DNA from: a virus
Direction: 5' to 3' (one strand)
IMG/VR virus record: IMGVR_UViG_3300045988_103468
Location: 1 to 45,912 of that record
DNA: 45,912 nucleotides
The position numbers and the translations under genes were made by a program. Below are positions 1 through 7,628 of the stretch, piece by piece. Positions within the stretch are counted from its first letter, which is position 1. The number at the start of each line of letters is the position of its first letter. The notes under the pieces were generated by a model, which did no database searches, was not told the DNA's origin, and worked only from the letters and a program-made list of their open reading frames with translations.

Positions 1-55
1 TTGTAGTCCCGACGGGACTATAGGTAATATTATCTCATGAAATCATTGGGATTGC
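1..55. repeat. attL: left copy of the att core direct repeat
   Basis: TTGTAGTCCCGACGGGACTATAGGTAATATTATCTCATGAAATCATTGGGATTGC is identical to 45858-45912. It contains the hairpin TAGTCCC-GAC-GGGACTA. The repeat touches both window edges, so its true length cannot be bounded. Confidence 0.85.
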
Positions 56-144
56 ATAAAGCAACAAAAATTGGCTGCAATGGTGTGTATCGGCATCTTT
101 ACGGATGTCATGAAACGACCGAAATATCACCAGATAAAGTATAA

Positions 145-166
145 GTCGCCAAAAAGTCGCCAAAAA
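145..166 (+). promoter_or_regulatory. Tandem GTCGCCAAAAA x2, candidate integrase arm-type binding sites (P' arm)
   Basis: GTCGCCAAAAA at 145-155 and 156-166. Related TCGCCAAAAA / AGCCAAAAA copies sit in the same orientation next to attR (45783-45803). Confidence 0.5.
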
Positions 167-190
167 TTATTGAAGTAATATATGGTTGTT

Positions 191-198
191 TATATTTG
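191..198 (+). promoter_or_regulatory. Bacteroidota-type -7 promoter box (TATATTTG) for int
   Basis: Perfect match to TAnnTTTG, 23 nt upstream of ATG 221. Confidence 0.5.
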
Positions 199-220
199 CA
201 TCCGTGCAAATATAACAATT

Positions 221-1552
221 ATGGCGACAATTTACTATTCACTCTCTGCCAAGGAAAATACATGCGGTTTACACGAGGTGCTGATTCGGTTTACTCACGG
301 ACGCCTTAACCAGCGTGCCAAGACTGGTATTTTCGTGCTGCCTGAATATTGGAGCGCCAAGACACAATCGGTTTCTGTTCCCCGTTACAGGATGATGTCT
401 CCTGCCCAACAAGAGATCGTCGAACAGGCAAACGAGGCACATTCTAAAATCTCGGCATTGACATCTTTTGTCATGCAATCGTTCATAGAGGCAGGAGCAG
501 GGAAGGTTAGCTTGCCTCCGAGTTGGCTCAGGGATGTTATTACGCCTTATTCTGTAGGATTGTCGCAAGACAGGGATATATGGGCACATTTTGAAAGTTA
601 CGTATCCAAGAAGGGGTTTTCTGAGCGCCGTAAGATGGCATTCAATGTTCTTATGAGGGCTCTCAAGCGCTACGAGTTGTACAAAAGGATTTTCGACCGC
701 ACCTTCACCCTTTCGCTGGGGATGCTAACGCCCGAGGTATTGGATGACTTTGAGGACTTTTATCGCCGGGAGCACGATATATGCGAGGAATATCCGCATA
801 TCTATGCTTTGGTGCAGGATTCGAGGATACCACACCAGCGTGGCCACAATACGGTTGTCAGCAAGATGATTCTCTTGCGGGCTTTCCTGAATTGGGCCGC
901 AAACAATGACCTGATCCAAACTAATCCTTTCCGGAAGAAGGAGATAAAACAAGCTGTATATGGTTCCCCGATCTATATCACAATCGCCGAGCGGAACAAG
1001 CTATACCATACAAACCTATCCAGGCATCAACGACTGGCGGTACAGCGGGATATATTCGTATTCCAATGTCTCATAGGGTGTCGCGTGGGGGATTTGATAG
1101 CCTTGAAACGGAGCAACGTAGTAAAAGGTGCTGTTGAGTATATCCCGCGCAAAACGAAGGAAGGCCATCCGGTGACGGTGCGTGTCCCGTTGAACAATCT
1201 TGCAAAGGAGATAATCAATAAATACGCATCCCCTGACAATGCACTACTGCTCCCCTTTATTTCGGAGCAAAAATATAACGAGGCAATTAAAAAATGCTTC
1301 CTTGCTGCCGGATTGAAACGCATGGTAAGTGTACTCAACCCCGTCACCAGGGAGCCTGAGCAAAAACCGCTCTACCAAGTTGCGTCATCCCATATGGCGC
1401 GTCGTACTTTTATCGGGAATCTGTATAAGCAGGTCAAAGACCCTAACCTTGTGGGATCTTTGTCGGGGCATACCGAAGGCAGCAAAGCATTTGCCCGCTA
1501 CCGCGACATAGACGAGGAGATGAAAACCGACCTGGTGAAACTTCTGGAATAA
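221..1552 (+). CDS. int: Tyrosine recombinase / phage integrase
   Basis: ORF 182-1552. Start moved to ATG 221 (MATIYYSL...) because the -7 box lies inside the longer ORF. Catalytic pattern visible: GCRVGDL (Arg), SSHMARRTF (HxxR), GHTEGSKAFARY (His..Tyr). Adjacent to attL. Confidence 0.9.
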   Translation: MATIYYSLSAKENTCGLHEVLIRFTHGRLNQRAKTGIFVLPEYWSAKTQSVSVPRYRMMSPAQQEIVEQANEAHSKISALTSFVMQSFIEAGAGKVSLPPSWLRDVITPYSVGLSQDRDIWAHFESYVSKKGFSERRKMAFNVLMRALKRYELYKRIFDRTFTLSLGMLTPEVLDDFEDFYRREHDICEEYPHIYALVQDSRIPHQRGHNTVVSKMILLRAFLNWAANNDLIQTNPFRKKEIKQAVYGSPIYITIAERNKLYHTNLSRHQRLAVQRDIFVFQCLIGCRVGDLIALKRSNVVKGAVEYIPRKTKEGHPVTVRVPLNNLAKEIINKYASPDNALLLPFISEQKYNEAIKKCFLAAGLKRMVSVLNPVTREPEQKPLYQVASSHMARRTFIGNLYKQVKDPNLVGSLSGHTEGSKAFARYRDIDEEMKTDLVKLLE

Positions 1553-1643
1553 TCAAATCGTATTCATCAACTCGCATACGACGGCAGCGAATATGGGTGC
1601 GCAGCATTCGCTCACTTCGAGCATCGCCATCCAGTATTGGGTG

Positions 1644-2063
1644 TCATCTTTTTCCATGTCCATTACATTTACAACAGGTGAATTGGTGCACATCTTCCCA
1701 TAGCGCCTGGTTTATTTCGCCGGTAAGGTATGCTACCTCTTCCCCGGCCATCGGCAGCCCGAGAGTAAGGGCTATATCGTCTACGAGGTGCCGCAGTTCG
1801 TGCTCAAAGCTGTTGAGAAATTCCCACGGCGAGGAGTGCATCCCTATTACGATGACACTTTGCCGATGCTCCTTGTTGGAGTAGGTGAATCCCGTATCCA
1901 TTTCGCACTTCACCATATTCCCCTGTACGCGATGAAGAACCGTATCAGGGCATCCGATGTCGGTAAGGGACTTGAGTATTTCGCCCGTATAGTAGCACGT
2001 CACGGCATAATATATGCGTAACGTCCAACCATACTTGTGAATACTCAAGTCCCGAATCTTCAT
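1644..2063 (-). CDS. Hypothetical small HExxH-motif protein (metallopeptidase-like motif only)
   Basis: 139-aa ORF with a FEHELRHLVDD motif and a Cys-rich C-terminus (FTCCKCNGHG). Its ATG overlaps the stop of the upstream small ORF (ATGA). Confidence 0.6.
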   Translation of the reverse strand: MKIRDLSIHKYGWTLRIYYAVTCYYTGEILKSLTDIGCPDTVLHRVQGNMVKCEMDTGFTYSNKEHRQSVIVIGMHSSPWEFLNSFEHELRHLVDDIALTLGLPMAGEEVAYLTGEINQALWEDVHQFTCCKCNGHGKR

Positions 2064-2221
2064 TTTTCCTCCCTTTTTCCGTACTTGCGCCAGTTTCGCG
2101 CCAGCCTTCTGCGTTGTGCCCGGTTGAAGCGCTTGTTCTCGAATACGTCGTTCACCGCCCCGGCAAGTTCCTGGTACTTGTCGGCAGGCAGGTTACGGAC
2201 GAGCGTTGCGATATTTTTCAT
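2060..2221 (-). CDS. Hypothetical small basic protein (53 aa)
   Basis: Below the ORF-track cutoff, so translated by hand: MKNIATLVRNLPADKYQELAGAVNDVFENKRFNRAQRRRLARNWRKYGKREEK. Its TGA overlaps the ATG of 1644-2063. Confidence 0.45.
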   Translation of the reverse strand: MKNIATLVRNLPADKYQELAGAVNDVFENKRFNRAQRRRLARNWRKYGKREEK

Positions 2222-2275
2222 CGATTTCGTCGTTGTCGTTTGTGAATTCGCTGATCTGGGGATATTCTTCCATGG

Positions 2276-2677
2276 CTACATCATCTCTTCCCACAGGATG
2301 GGTGTTCCCGAGCCGATGGTATCGGCATAGTAACGTGTAAATGGCAAGCCGTCGTAGCCGTCCTCGTCATTGATATAGTCACGTATGAACATCGCCAGGT
2401 ATTGTGGATTGGGTATCGACGACCCGAAATAGTCCGCCAATGCCATGTTGCAGACGTACACGCAGTCATAGCCCTTGTCCTTTTTGAGTTCGATGCCGTA
2501 CTGCTTGAGCAGCGCATCCACCTTATCCTTAGAATAGGGCTCGATCTTCTTGCCGTTCCTGTCCTTCATGCGGGATACGGCGAATTCGCACATCTTCTTT
2601 GAAAAGTGCCAACCGTAATTTTCGAGATATTCCCGGAACCCTGCCGGGAAGTTTTCATGTGTATCTAACCTGTCCAT
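2276..2677 (-). CDS. Hypothetical protein
   Basis: ORF 2276-2707 trimmed to Met11 (MDRLDTHENF...), because the first 10 codons translate a terminator hairpin and its T-tract. Composition is protein-like. Confidence 0.6.
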   Translation of the reverse strand: MDRLDTHENFPAGFREYLENYGWHFSKKMCEFAVSRMKDRNGKKIEPYSKDKVDALLKQYGIELKKDKGYDCVYVCNMALADYFGSSIPNPQYLAMFIRDYINDEDGYDGLPFTRYYADTIGSGTPILWEEMM

Positions 2678-2685
2678 ATTTTTCG

Positions 2686-2720
2686 ATTTAAAAATAGGAG
2701 AGGGCACTGCGGCCCCCTCC
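2686..2720 (-). terminator. Intrinsic terminator after the RGG/YG-rich gene
   Basis: Plus-strand GGAGAGGGC-ACTGCG-GCCCCCTCC hairpin (8 bp with one A.C mismatch). On the minus strand it is followed by TATTTTTAAAT. Confidence 0.55.
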
Positions 2721-2727
2721 CTCCGGT

Positions 2728-3000
2728 TTACCGCCTGCGATACCGCGAATAGGGGCCTGTACCCCTTACGCCACGGCGTTCGCCGTAGGCGTCGTCATAC
2801 TCATACCCGCCGCGGTCATACTCGCCACGTTCGCCGTAGCCGCCACCTTGTCCGTAGCTGCCACGCTCACCGTATCCGCCACGGCCTTCACGCCGGCCTT
2901 CTTCAAAGCCTTCTTCGTAGGCGCGTCGGAGCTCCCGCTCCATCTCCTCTTCGTGGCCGCCGAAGCCGCCACGGCCTTCACCTATGATTCTCCAACCCAT
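2728..3000 (-). CDS. Low-complexity Gly/Arg/Glu/Tyr-rich protein (RGG / GYGERG repeats)
   Basis: 90-aa ORF: ...GRGGYGERGSYGQGGGYGERGEYDRGGYEYDDAYGERRG...RYRRR. Separated by 2 nt from the upstream gene and followed by its own terminator. Confidence 0.6.
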   Translation of the reverse strand: MGWRIIGEGRGGFGGHEEEMERELRRAYEEGFEEGRREGRGGYGERGSYGQGGGYGERGEYDRGGYEYDDAYGERRGVRGTGPYSRYRRR

Positions 3001-3002
3001 AG

Positions 3003-3509
3003 TTACTTTGTTTTTGCAGGTGGTTCAGACTTGACAAGGCTCCTCAGTTCTTCCGCCGTCGGTATCTGGCTCAGCCGTTCGTTCATGTCAGCGAGCATCT
3101 TCCGCAACTCCCTGTTTTCGGCTTCGAGCTCCTTTGAACGCGCAGCTTCGGGGTCGAGCTGCATCAGGATCTCGTCGTAGACCTTCAGGTTGGCTTTGTG
3201 CCTGTCGAATGATTCCACGATGTCACGGCTTGCCTGCTGTGCCTCCATGATGGTCGGCTTCAACACTTCACGTGTCGTCGCTACGGTAAGGCCGTCTTTC
3301 GAAACGATGTCCGCTTGCATAGGGACGCCCCAGGGCTCGTTGCCCTCTATCGAGATGTTGATGAATTGCGGCATCGGCGAGAATTGCCCGGGCTTTTGGG
3401 GCGGGAAATACGGTGCCGATACATCTTTTACGTTGGCTGTATAAAACTTAGGCTGTTCCCTGTTGTCGAAAACGTAGACTAAGGAGCCTTTTCTCAAGTT
3501 CTGAAACAT
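3003..3509 (-). CDS. Hypothetical protein with a C-terminal coiled-coil-like segment
   Basis: 168-aa ORF with protein-like composition. The C-terminus (KELEAENRELRKMLADMNERL) is heptad-like. Confidence 0.65.
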   Translation of the reverse strand: MFQNLRKGSLVYVFDNREQPKFYTANVKDVSAPYFPPQKPGQFSPMPQFINISIEGNEPWGVPMQADIVSKDGLTVATTREVLKPTIMEAQQASRDIVESFDRHKANLKVYDEILMQLDPEAARSKELEAENRELRKMLADMNERLSQIPTAEELRSLVKSEPPAKTK

Positions 3510-3534
3510 CTTGGTTAATGATTTGTGAAAGATA

Positions 3535-3557
3535 GGGGAGAAGGAGCCCTCCTCCCC
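3535..3557 (-). terminator. Possible terminator hairpin
   Basis: GGGGAG...CTCCCC hairpin downstream of 3584-3925. Only a weak T-tract (TATCTTTC) follows on the minus strand. Confidence 0.35.
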
Positions 3558-3583
3558 GTCTTTCGGTTAATTGTTTTTTTAAT

Positions 3584-3925
3584 TCAGACGGCACCGGTCA
3601 TCAATTGCAAAGTATCGGTCTGCTTGTCATACCATATCTGGTATACCCCTGACCCCGGAATATCCGATACTGTAACATTTGCTCCGTTGTACGTCGTCAG
3701 ATTCTTATTTTGCCCGTTGGTTTCAAACAGCACGGGAAGTGTTCCCGTTGTGCCGGCAGGGATTTCCTGTACCAACTCAACCAGCACGAGTCCCCGGTAC
3801 CACGAATTTGCAAATGCGTGGTTGGGAAAGGAAAACACAACCCCTGTGGTCTCCACTGTCACGCCTGTAGTTTTTAGTACCGGTATGCCTCTGCGGTTAA
3901 CATACTGAAATGGGAATACTGCCAT
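3584..3925 (-). CDS. Hypothetical protein (113 aa)
   Basis: ORF 3584-4072 trimmed to Met50 (MAVFPFQYVN...). The longer form would run through the divergent HNH gene start region. Confidence 0.55.
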   Translation of the reverse strand: MAVFPFQYVNRRGIPVLKTTGVTVETTGVVFSFPNHAFANSWYRGLVLVELVQEIPAGTTGTLPVLFETNGQNKNLTTYNGANVTVSDIPGSGVYQIWYDKQTDTLQLMTGAV

Positions 3926-4052
3926 ATTTTTGTATTTTAAGTTATTATAACTAATTTTACATCGGGATAGGTTGGAGTCATGACCAACTGATAAGGGCTT
4001 GCCAAACGTCCTTCCCTCTTTTTCTCGTTTGGCACCACTAAATTGTTTGGCA

Positions 4053-4670
4053 ATGACAAATCGGGAATTCATAGAGAGTGTTGCTCTCGAAGGAGAAGAA
4101 TGGCGTATTATTGATGGTACGCTCGGCTATTTCGCGGTATCTGATTATGGTAGGGTTTCATCGCTATCCCATCGCGTGAGCGGAGGTAATAACAATAGTT
4201 GGACGACTAAACCTCGCATATTAACTCCTCGCCCAAATCGGGGAGGATATTTGAGAGTTAGACTTACATCCCTACACGGAGTAGATAAGACTGAATTAGT
4301 CCATAGGCTTGTTGCTAAAGCGTTCATCCCCAATCCTAATAACTATGCATATGTAGACCATATAGATGGGAACCGGACGAACAATGTGGCACGTAATCTT
4401 CGTTGGTGTACTCGTTCAATGAACATGCTTAACCCTGTCACAAGAGAGTGTGCAGCAAAAGCACGAAGAATACCCAACAAGAAAAACAGAAAGCCAATTG
4501 TCCAGATTAAAAATGGAATATTGGTTGCAAAATATAAAACAGCATCCGAAGCCCATCAATTACACGGATTTCACATCGGAGGAATATATGAATGCATTCG
4601 AAAACCAACTCGCACATTGAAAGGATTTCATTGGCGCTGGCTTTCGGATTGGGAAGCCTCTTATCAGTAA
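4053..4670 (+). CDS. HNH homing endonuclease (NUMOD4-like N-terminus plus HNH)
   Basis: EWRIIDG..YFAVSDYGRVSS, then GGYLRVRL..., then LVHRLVAKAFIPNP..YVDHIDGNRTNNVARNLRW. Start set to ATG 4053 (MTNREF). It is the only plus-strand gene inside the minus-strand left arm. Confidence 0.85.
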   Translation: MTNREFIESVALEGEEWRIIDGTLGYFAVSDYGRVSSLSHRVSGGNNNSWTTKPRILTPRPNRGGYLRVRLTSLHGVDKTELVHRLVAKAFIPNPNNYAYVDHIDGNRTNNVARNLRWCTRSMNMLNPVTRECAAKARRIPNKKNRKPIVQIKNGILVAKYKTASEAHQLHGFHIGGIYECIRKPTRTLKGFHWRWLSDWEASYQ

Positions 4671-4706
4671 GTCAAAGAACATTTCACCTATCGGCGAATA
4701 ATAGCA

Positions 4707-5651
4707 TTATCCCCAAAATCCGCCGCTCCCCCCAAAGCCAAACCCTGCACCATATCCGAGACCATATTGTGCGGCAATACACGTAGGCACACCGACAATA
4801 GGCGAATAGGGCACGGTAGCCGTTTCGGGCAGCTTGCACTTGATGCTATTCACGTCATTCTGCAAAGCCGCTACAGCGGCGTTCACGGGTGCTACAGCCT
4901 GTCCTACAACACCGGCCATGTAGGCGTTTTGGTGTTCGAGGTTGAGCTGCGTGGTCAGCGTGCTGTTCTTTTCGCGCAGGGCATCAATTTTATCCTGCAA
5001 TGCAGCTGCCTGCATTTGATCCAGTTTGGAAATTATCGCTGTAGTCCCGCTTTGAGAAGTTTCGCGAATTGTGTTTTGTAAATCACAGGTCTGACGTTGT
5101 GTTTCATAGGCAACGCTACTGAATCCGCGCTCCATGCCCACATTGACGCCATTGATGGCCTGCTTCATATCGCAGCAGCACGCGGCGATCTGGTTGCCGA
5201 TTTGGCATCCCATCGACTGTACAGCGTTGATGATCTGCTGGCTTGACATGCCGAGGGTGCCCTGGATGTTGCACAGCGTGTTCTGAATCTGCTGCGTAGA
5301 GCAGTTGAGCAACGATGCCAGCTGATTGATGGCTGCGCCGTTCCCTTGGATTGCGTTCATAAGAAGTTCCCGTCCGGCGTCACCGTTGAGCTGCGCAGGA
5401 AGGCCATTGGCGTTGTTACCGCCGAAGCCGTTGCCACCAAAGCCGCCCCAGCAGAAGAACAGCAGGATGATCCAGATCCACCAGCACCCGTCACCGCCCC
5501 ATGCACCACGGTTGTTGTTACCGTTCATGAGTGCCGCTACGAGGTTGGGATCCATGCCCTTGTTGCCCATCATTGACGAGACGAGAGCCGCGATGTCAAG
5601 GCCGCCACCCGAGCCGCCTCCATCGAAAATATAAGTTTTATCCGAACCCAT
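4707..5651 (-). CDS. Gly-rich, Cys-rich single-pass membrane protein, function unknown
   Basis: 314 aa. N-terminal GGGSGGG. Hydrophobic CWWIWIILLFFCWGGF segment. Q/N-rich helical region with many Cys, including AACCCD. C-terminus YGLGYGAGFGFGGSGGFWG. Confidence 0.7.
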   Translation of the reverse strand: MGSDKTYIFDGGGSGGGLDIAALVSSMMGNKGMDPNLVAALMNGNNNRGAWGGDGCWWIWIILLFFCWGGFGGNGFGGNNANGLPAQLNGDAGRELLMNAIQGNGAAINQLASLLNCSTQQIQNTLCNIQGTLGMSSQQIINAVQSMGCQIGNQIAACCCDMKQAINGVNVGMERGFSSVAYETQRQTCDLQNTIRETSQSGTTAIISKLDQMQAAALQDKIDALREKNSTLTTQLNLEHQNAYMAGVVGQAVAPVNAAVAALQNDVNSIKCKLPETATVPYSPIVGVPTCIAAQYGLGYGAGFGFGGSGGFWG

Positions 5652-5742
5652 TTTTAATAATTATTGAATGATTGCCGCCCCTGTCAAGGCCGGGCGTTCA
5701 CCTGTTGCAACATTGCAAAGGTGGCTGCGGGCGGCAGGCATA

Positions 5743-6054
5743 TCAATTCATTGGGGCGCAGATGGGAGGCAACTTCTTCGCAATAAGTTCGCACTGTATT
5801 TCGAATATAGGGTGGCTGTATCGCTTGCGTTCATCGAACCCGGCGACCATCTTCTCTATGGCGCGTCGGGAGAACCGCATCATCCGGGCGATGTCGGTGG
5901 TGTACATGCCGTTTTTATGGCAGAAGTGTACGAGCATGTAGCGCGCATCGACCACATCTTGAAATTTATCCTTCGAAAGGATTTGTTCCTTAGCTATTTC
6001 AGTTTCAAATGCAACACATTCGAGTATTTGTGCAAAAAGCTCTGATTTACGCAT
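5743..6054 (-). CDS. Small HTH protein resembling the DnaA C-terminal DNA-binding domain
   Basis: 103 aa. The pattern ILSKDKFQDVVDARYMLVHFCHKNGMYTTDIARMMRFSRRAIEKM resembles the DnaA domain IV fold pattern, judged by eye. Confidence 0.55.
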   Translation of the reverse strand: MRKSELFAQILECVAFETEIAKEQILSKDKFQDVVDARYMLVHFCHKNGMYTTDIARMMRFSRRAIEKMVAGFDERKRYSHPIFEIQCELIAKKLPPICAPMN

Positions 6055-6085
6055 ATACTTTCCCGATTTTTTATTATAAATTTGT

Positions 6086-6169
6086 TATACCACTATACAA
6101 AAAGCCAACACACCGATTCAAGGAATAAGTCCTCAATGTGGTGCGTTGGCACAATCGTATAGTGGTATA
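6086..6169. other. Long imperfect hairpin in an intergenic region (possible sRNA, terminator or regulatory element)
   Basis: Perfect 13-bp arms TATACCACTATAC (6086-6098) and GTATAGTGGTATA (6157-6169). Inner arms GCCAACACACC / GGTGCGTTGGC. A plus-strand TAAATTTG box sits at 6077-6084. Confidence 0.5.
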
Positions 6170-6260
6170 TGCGGGAAAGCGTTGGGGACTTTTTTATGCC
6201 CGTACCCCAAGGCCCGTTATTCGGTTACAACCGATGGGAAGTCATCCCAGTATATGTAAA

Positions 6261-6581
6261 TCATCTCTTCCATTGCGCGTAGTGTTTTCGTATTTCAAGG
6301 TATTCAGGGTTATCTTCATGGGCATATGCTTCCTGTTCGAAAGTTATCCTTCGGTACTTGAAGCCGTGAAATACCCAATCCAATAGGTAGACGATGTAGA
6401 AGGGCACATATAACAGTTCTCTCATCTGTGCGGTGTGTATCGCTTCGTGGTTTTTATTTTTATCCGACAACGGGCGGGCGGACTTGCGGGCAAATACGAT
6501 CCCGAACAGATTGATAGCCTTGTATCCCTTGAAGGGGATGATGTCGTTATAAATTATCTTCATACCTGTCAGAATTGCCAT
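6261..6581 (-). CDS. Small membrane protein with an HExxH motif, last gene of the lysis cassette
   Basis: 106 aa with NHEAIHTAQ and a hydrophobic LLYVPFYIVYLLDWVF segment. Overlaps the upstream gene by 13 nt. Confidence 0.6.
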   Translation of the reverse strand: MAILTGMKIIYNDIIPFKGYKAINLFGIVFARKSARPLSDKNKNHEAIHTAQMRELLYVPFYIVYLLDWVFHGFKYRRITFEQEAYAHEDNPEYLEIRKHYAQWKR

Positions 6582-7075
6582 AAAATAACACCTACTCCTA
6601 CGCCGACCGTAGGCTGGAACCCTTGCGGCGTGTACGCCGCCCCGATCCCGGCAGTCAGGGCGAAGCGGCTCCGCCGGGTGACTACCTGCTGTCGGGTGGT
6701 AGTGCAGTTGTATGTTTCTATCCAGTCGAGCGTCGGCCGCAGGTTGCCGATCCGGGGCCCGCTGACCTGTGCCCGGTAGGTGCTGTCCGAGTAGGGGCGT
6801 GTTTCCATTGCCACCTTCATCTGCACGCTGTCTGCCCCGACTTTCACAACGACGGTCTCCGTTACCGTGTCGGGCGGCGCGAAGAGCAGCACCGGCACCG
6901 AGATGTCGGCGAAGCGGTACGTGCCGGGCAGCGGTTCCGGTCTCGGGTAGAACACCGTGTCGATACGCGTCGTTTCTTCGACAACCACCGACGCGGCGCC
7001 CCTGCGGTATCCCCAGCCGAAGAGCAGGGCCCCGGCCGAAAGGGTGGCGAGCAGGTAGAGAATCAGGCGTTTCAT
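6569..7075 (-). CDS. Lysis-cassette membrane/secreted protein (spanin-like role is a guess from position)
   Basis: Start set to MKRLILYLLATLSAGALLF (N-terminal signal or TM). The ATGA overlaps the endolysin-candidate stop. C-terminus is hydrophobic and Gly-rich, ending in ILWQF. Confidence 0.6.
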   Translation of the reverse strand: MKRLILYLLATLSAGALLFGWGYRRGAASVVVEETTRIDTVFYPRPEPLPGTYRFADISVPVLLFAPPDTVTETVVVKVGADSVQMKVAMETRPYSDSTYRAQVSGPRIGNLRPTLDWIETYNCTTTRQQVVTRRSRFALTAGIGAAYTPQGFQPTVGVGVGVILWQF

Positions 7076-7482
7076 GCTTTTACAAACAACTCCCACCCGG
7101 CCTGCACGTCGAGCATCTTGGCCTCGACGCCGTTCTCTACGAACGACATGGCCGCAACGATGGGAACCATCACGTCGCGGTTGGTCGTGGTGATCCGGCT
7201 GTCGGCGGGCACCCCCGATCTTTCCGCCACGGTGCGGACATAGGCGTCCGTGTGGTTCTCCTCCGACGGGGCCCAGCGGCCGATCATCTTGCGGATCGTG
7301 TCCAGCCCGTAGTTACGCTGGTAGTTGTTCAACAGCTTGAAGGCAGCTCGATAGCCGTATGCCACCGTCGTAAACTGCGCGAAACGCTTGTCTTTCGACG
7401 GCACGACCTCGCCCTGCCAGGGATTGCCGCCCCGTGTCTTCTCGATGTTGAGCGGGTTGTTGTTTCTGAGCCCTCGTGTCAT
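7072..7482 (-). CDS. Putative endolysin / peptidoglycan hydrolase (RNNNPxNI family, often annotated structural protein P5-like)
   Basis: 136 aa starting MTRGLRNNNPLNIEKTRGGNPWQGEV. Lies between a holin and membrane proteins, with ATGA overlaps on both sides. Confidence 0.6.
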   Translation of the reverse strand: MTRGLRNNNPLNIEKTRGGNPWQGEVVPSKDKRFAQFTTVAYGYRAAFKLLNNYQRNYGLDTIRKMIGRWAPSEENHTDAYVRTVAERSGVPADSRITTTNRDVMVPIVAAMSFVENGVEAKMLDVQAGWELFVKA

Positions 7483-7628
7483 TGCGCGATGTGTTTAGTG
7501 TACAGGATATGCCCGACCCATCCGGCCATAGCACAAACAACCCCCACGAGGATGTAACGCGGGAATACGATTCCGAGCACTACGGCCACGGCCGCAACGA
7601 TGCTCCATACGATCCATTTCTTTTTCAT
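7479..7628 (-). CDS. 49-aa two-TM-like peptide (holin/antiholin-like accessory)
   Basis: Translated by hand: MKKKWIVWSIVAAVAVVLGIVFPRYILVGVVCAMAGWVGHILYTKHIAQ. ATGA overlaps with both neighbours. Confidence 0.55.
   Translation of the reverse strand: MKKKWIVWSIVAAVAVVLGIVFPRYILVGVVCAMAGWVGHILYTKHIAQ

Noticed and set aside
1-55. att core as the 3' end of a tRNA gene
   Set aside because: There is no GTTCGAATC-type T-loop or acceptor/CCA pattern on either strand. It looks like an intergenic hairpin-containing sequence instead.
182-220. Upstream start (ATG 182) for the integrase
   Set aside because: A perfect -7 promoter box (191-198) lies inside this extension. MATIYY at 221 is the more plausible N-terminus.
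1587-1612. Hairpin AGCGAAT-N12-ATTCGCT between the convergent int and accessory genes as a terminator
   Set aside because: The loop is large and there is no flanking T-tract on either strand, so it is too weak to call.
6623-7557. Long plus-strand ORFs (206 aa and 262 aa) across the lysis region
   Set aside because: The translations are Arg/Pro/Gly/Ala-rich and antisense to coupled genes that carry recognisable features (signal peptide, RNNNPxNI motif). They are typical spurious ORFs of GC-rich DNA.
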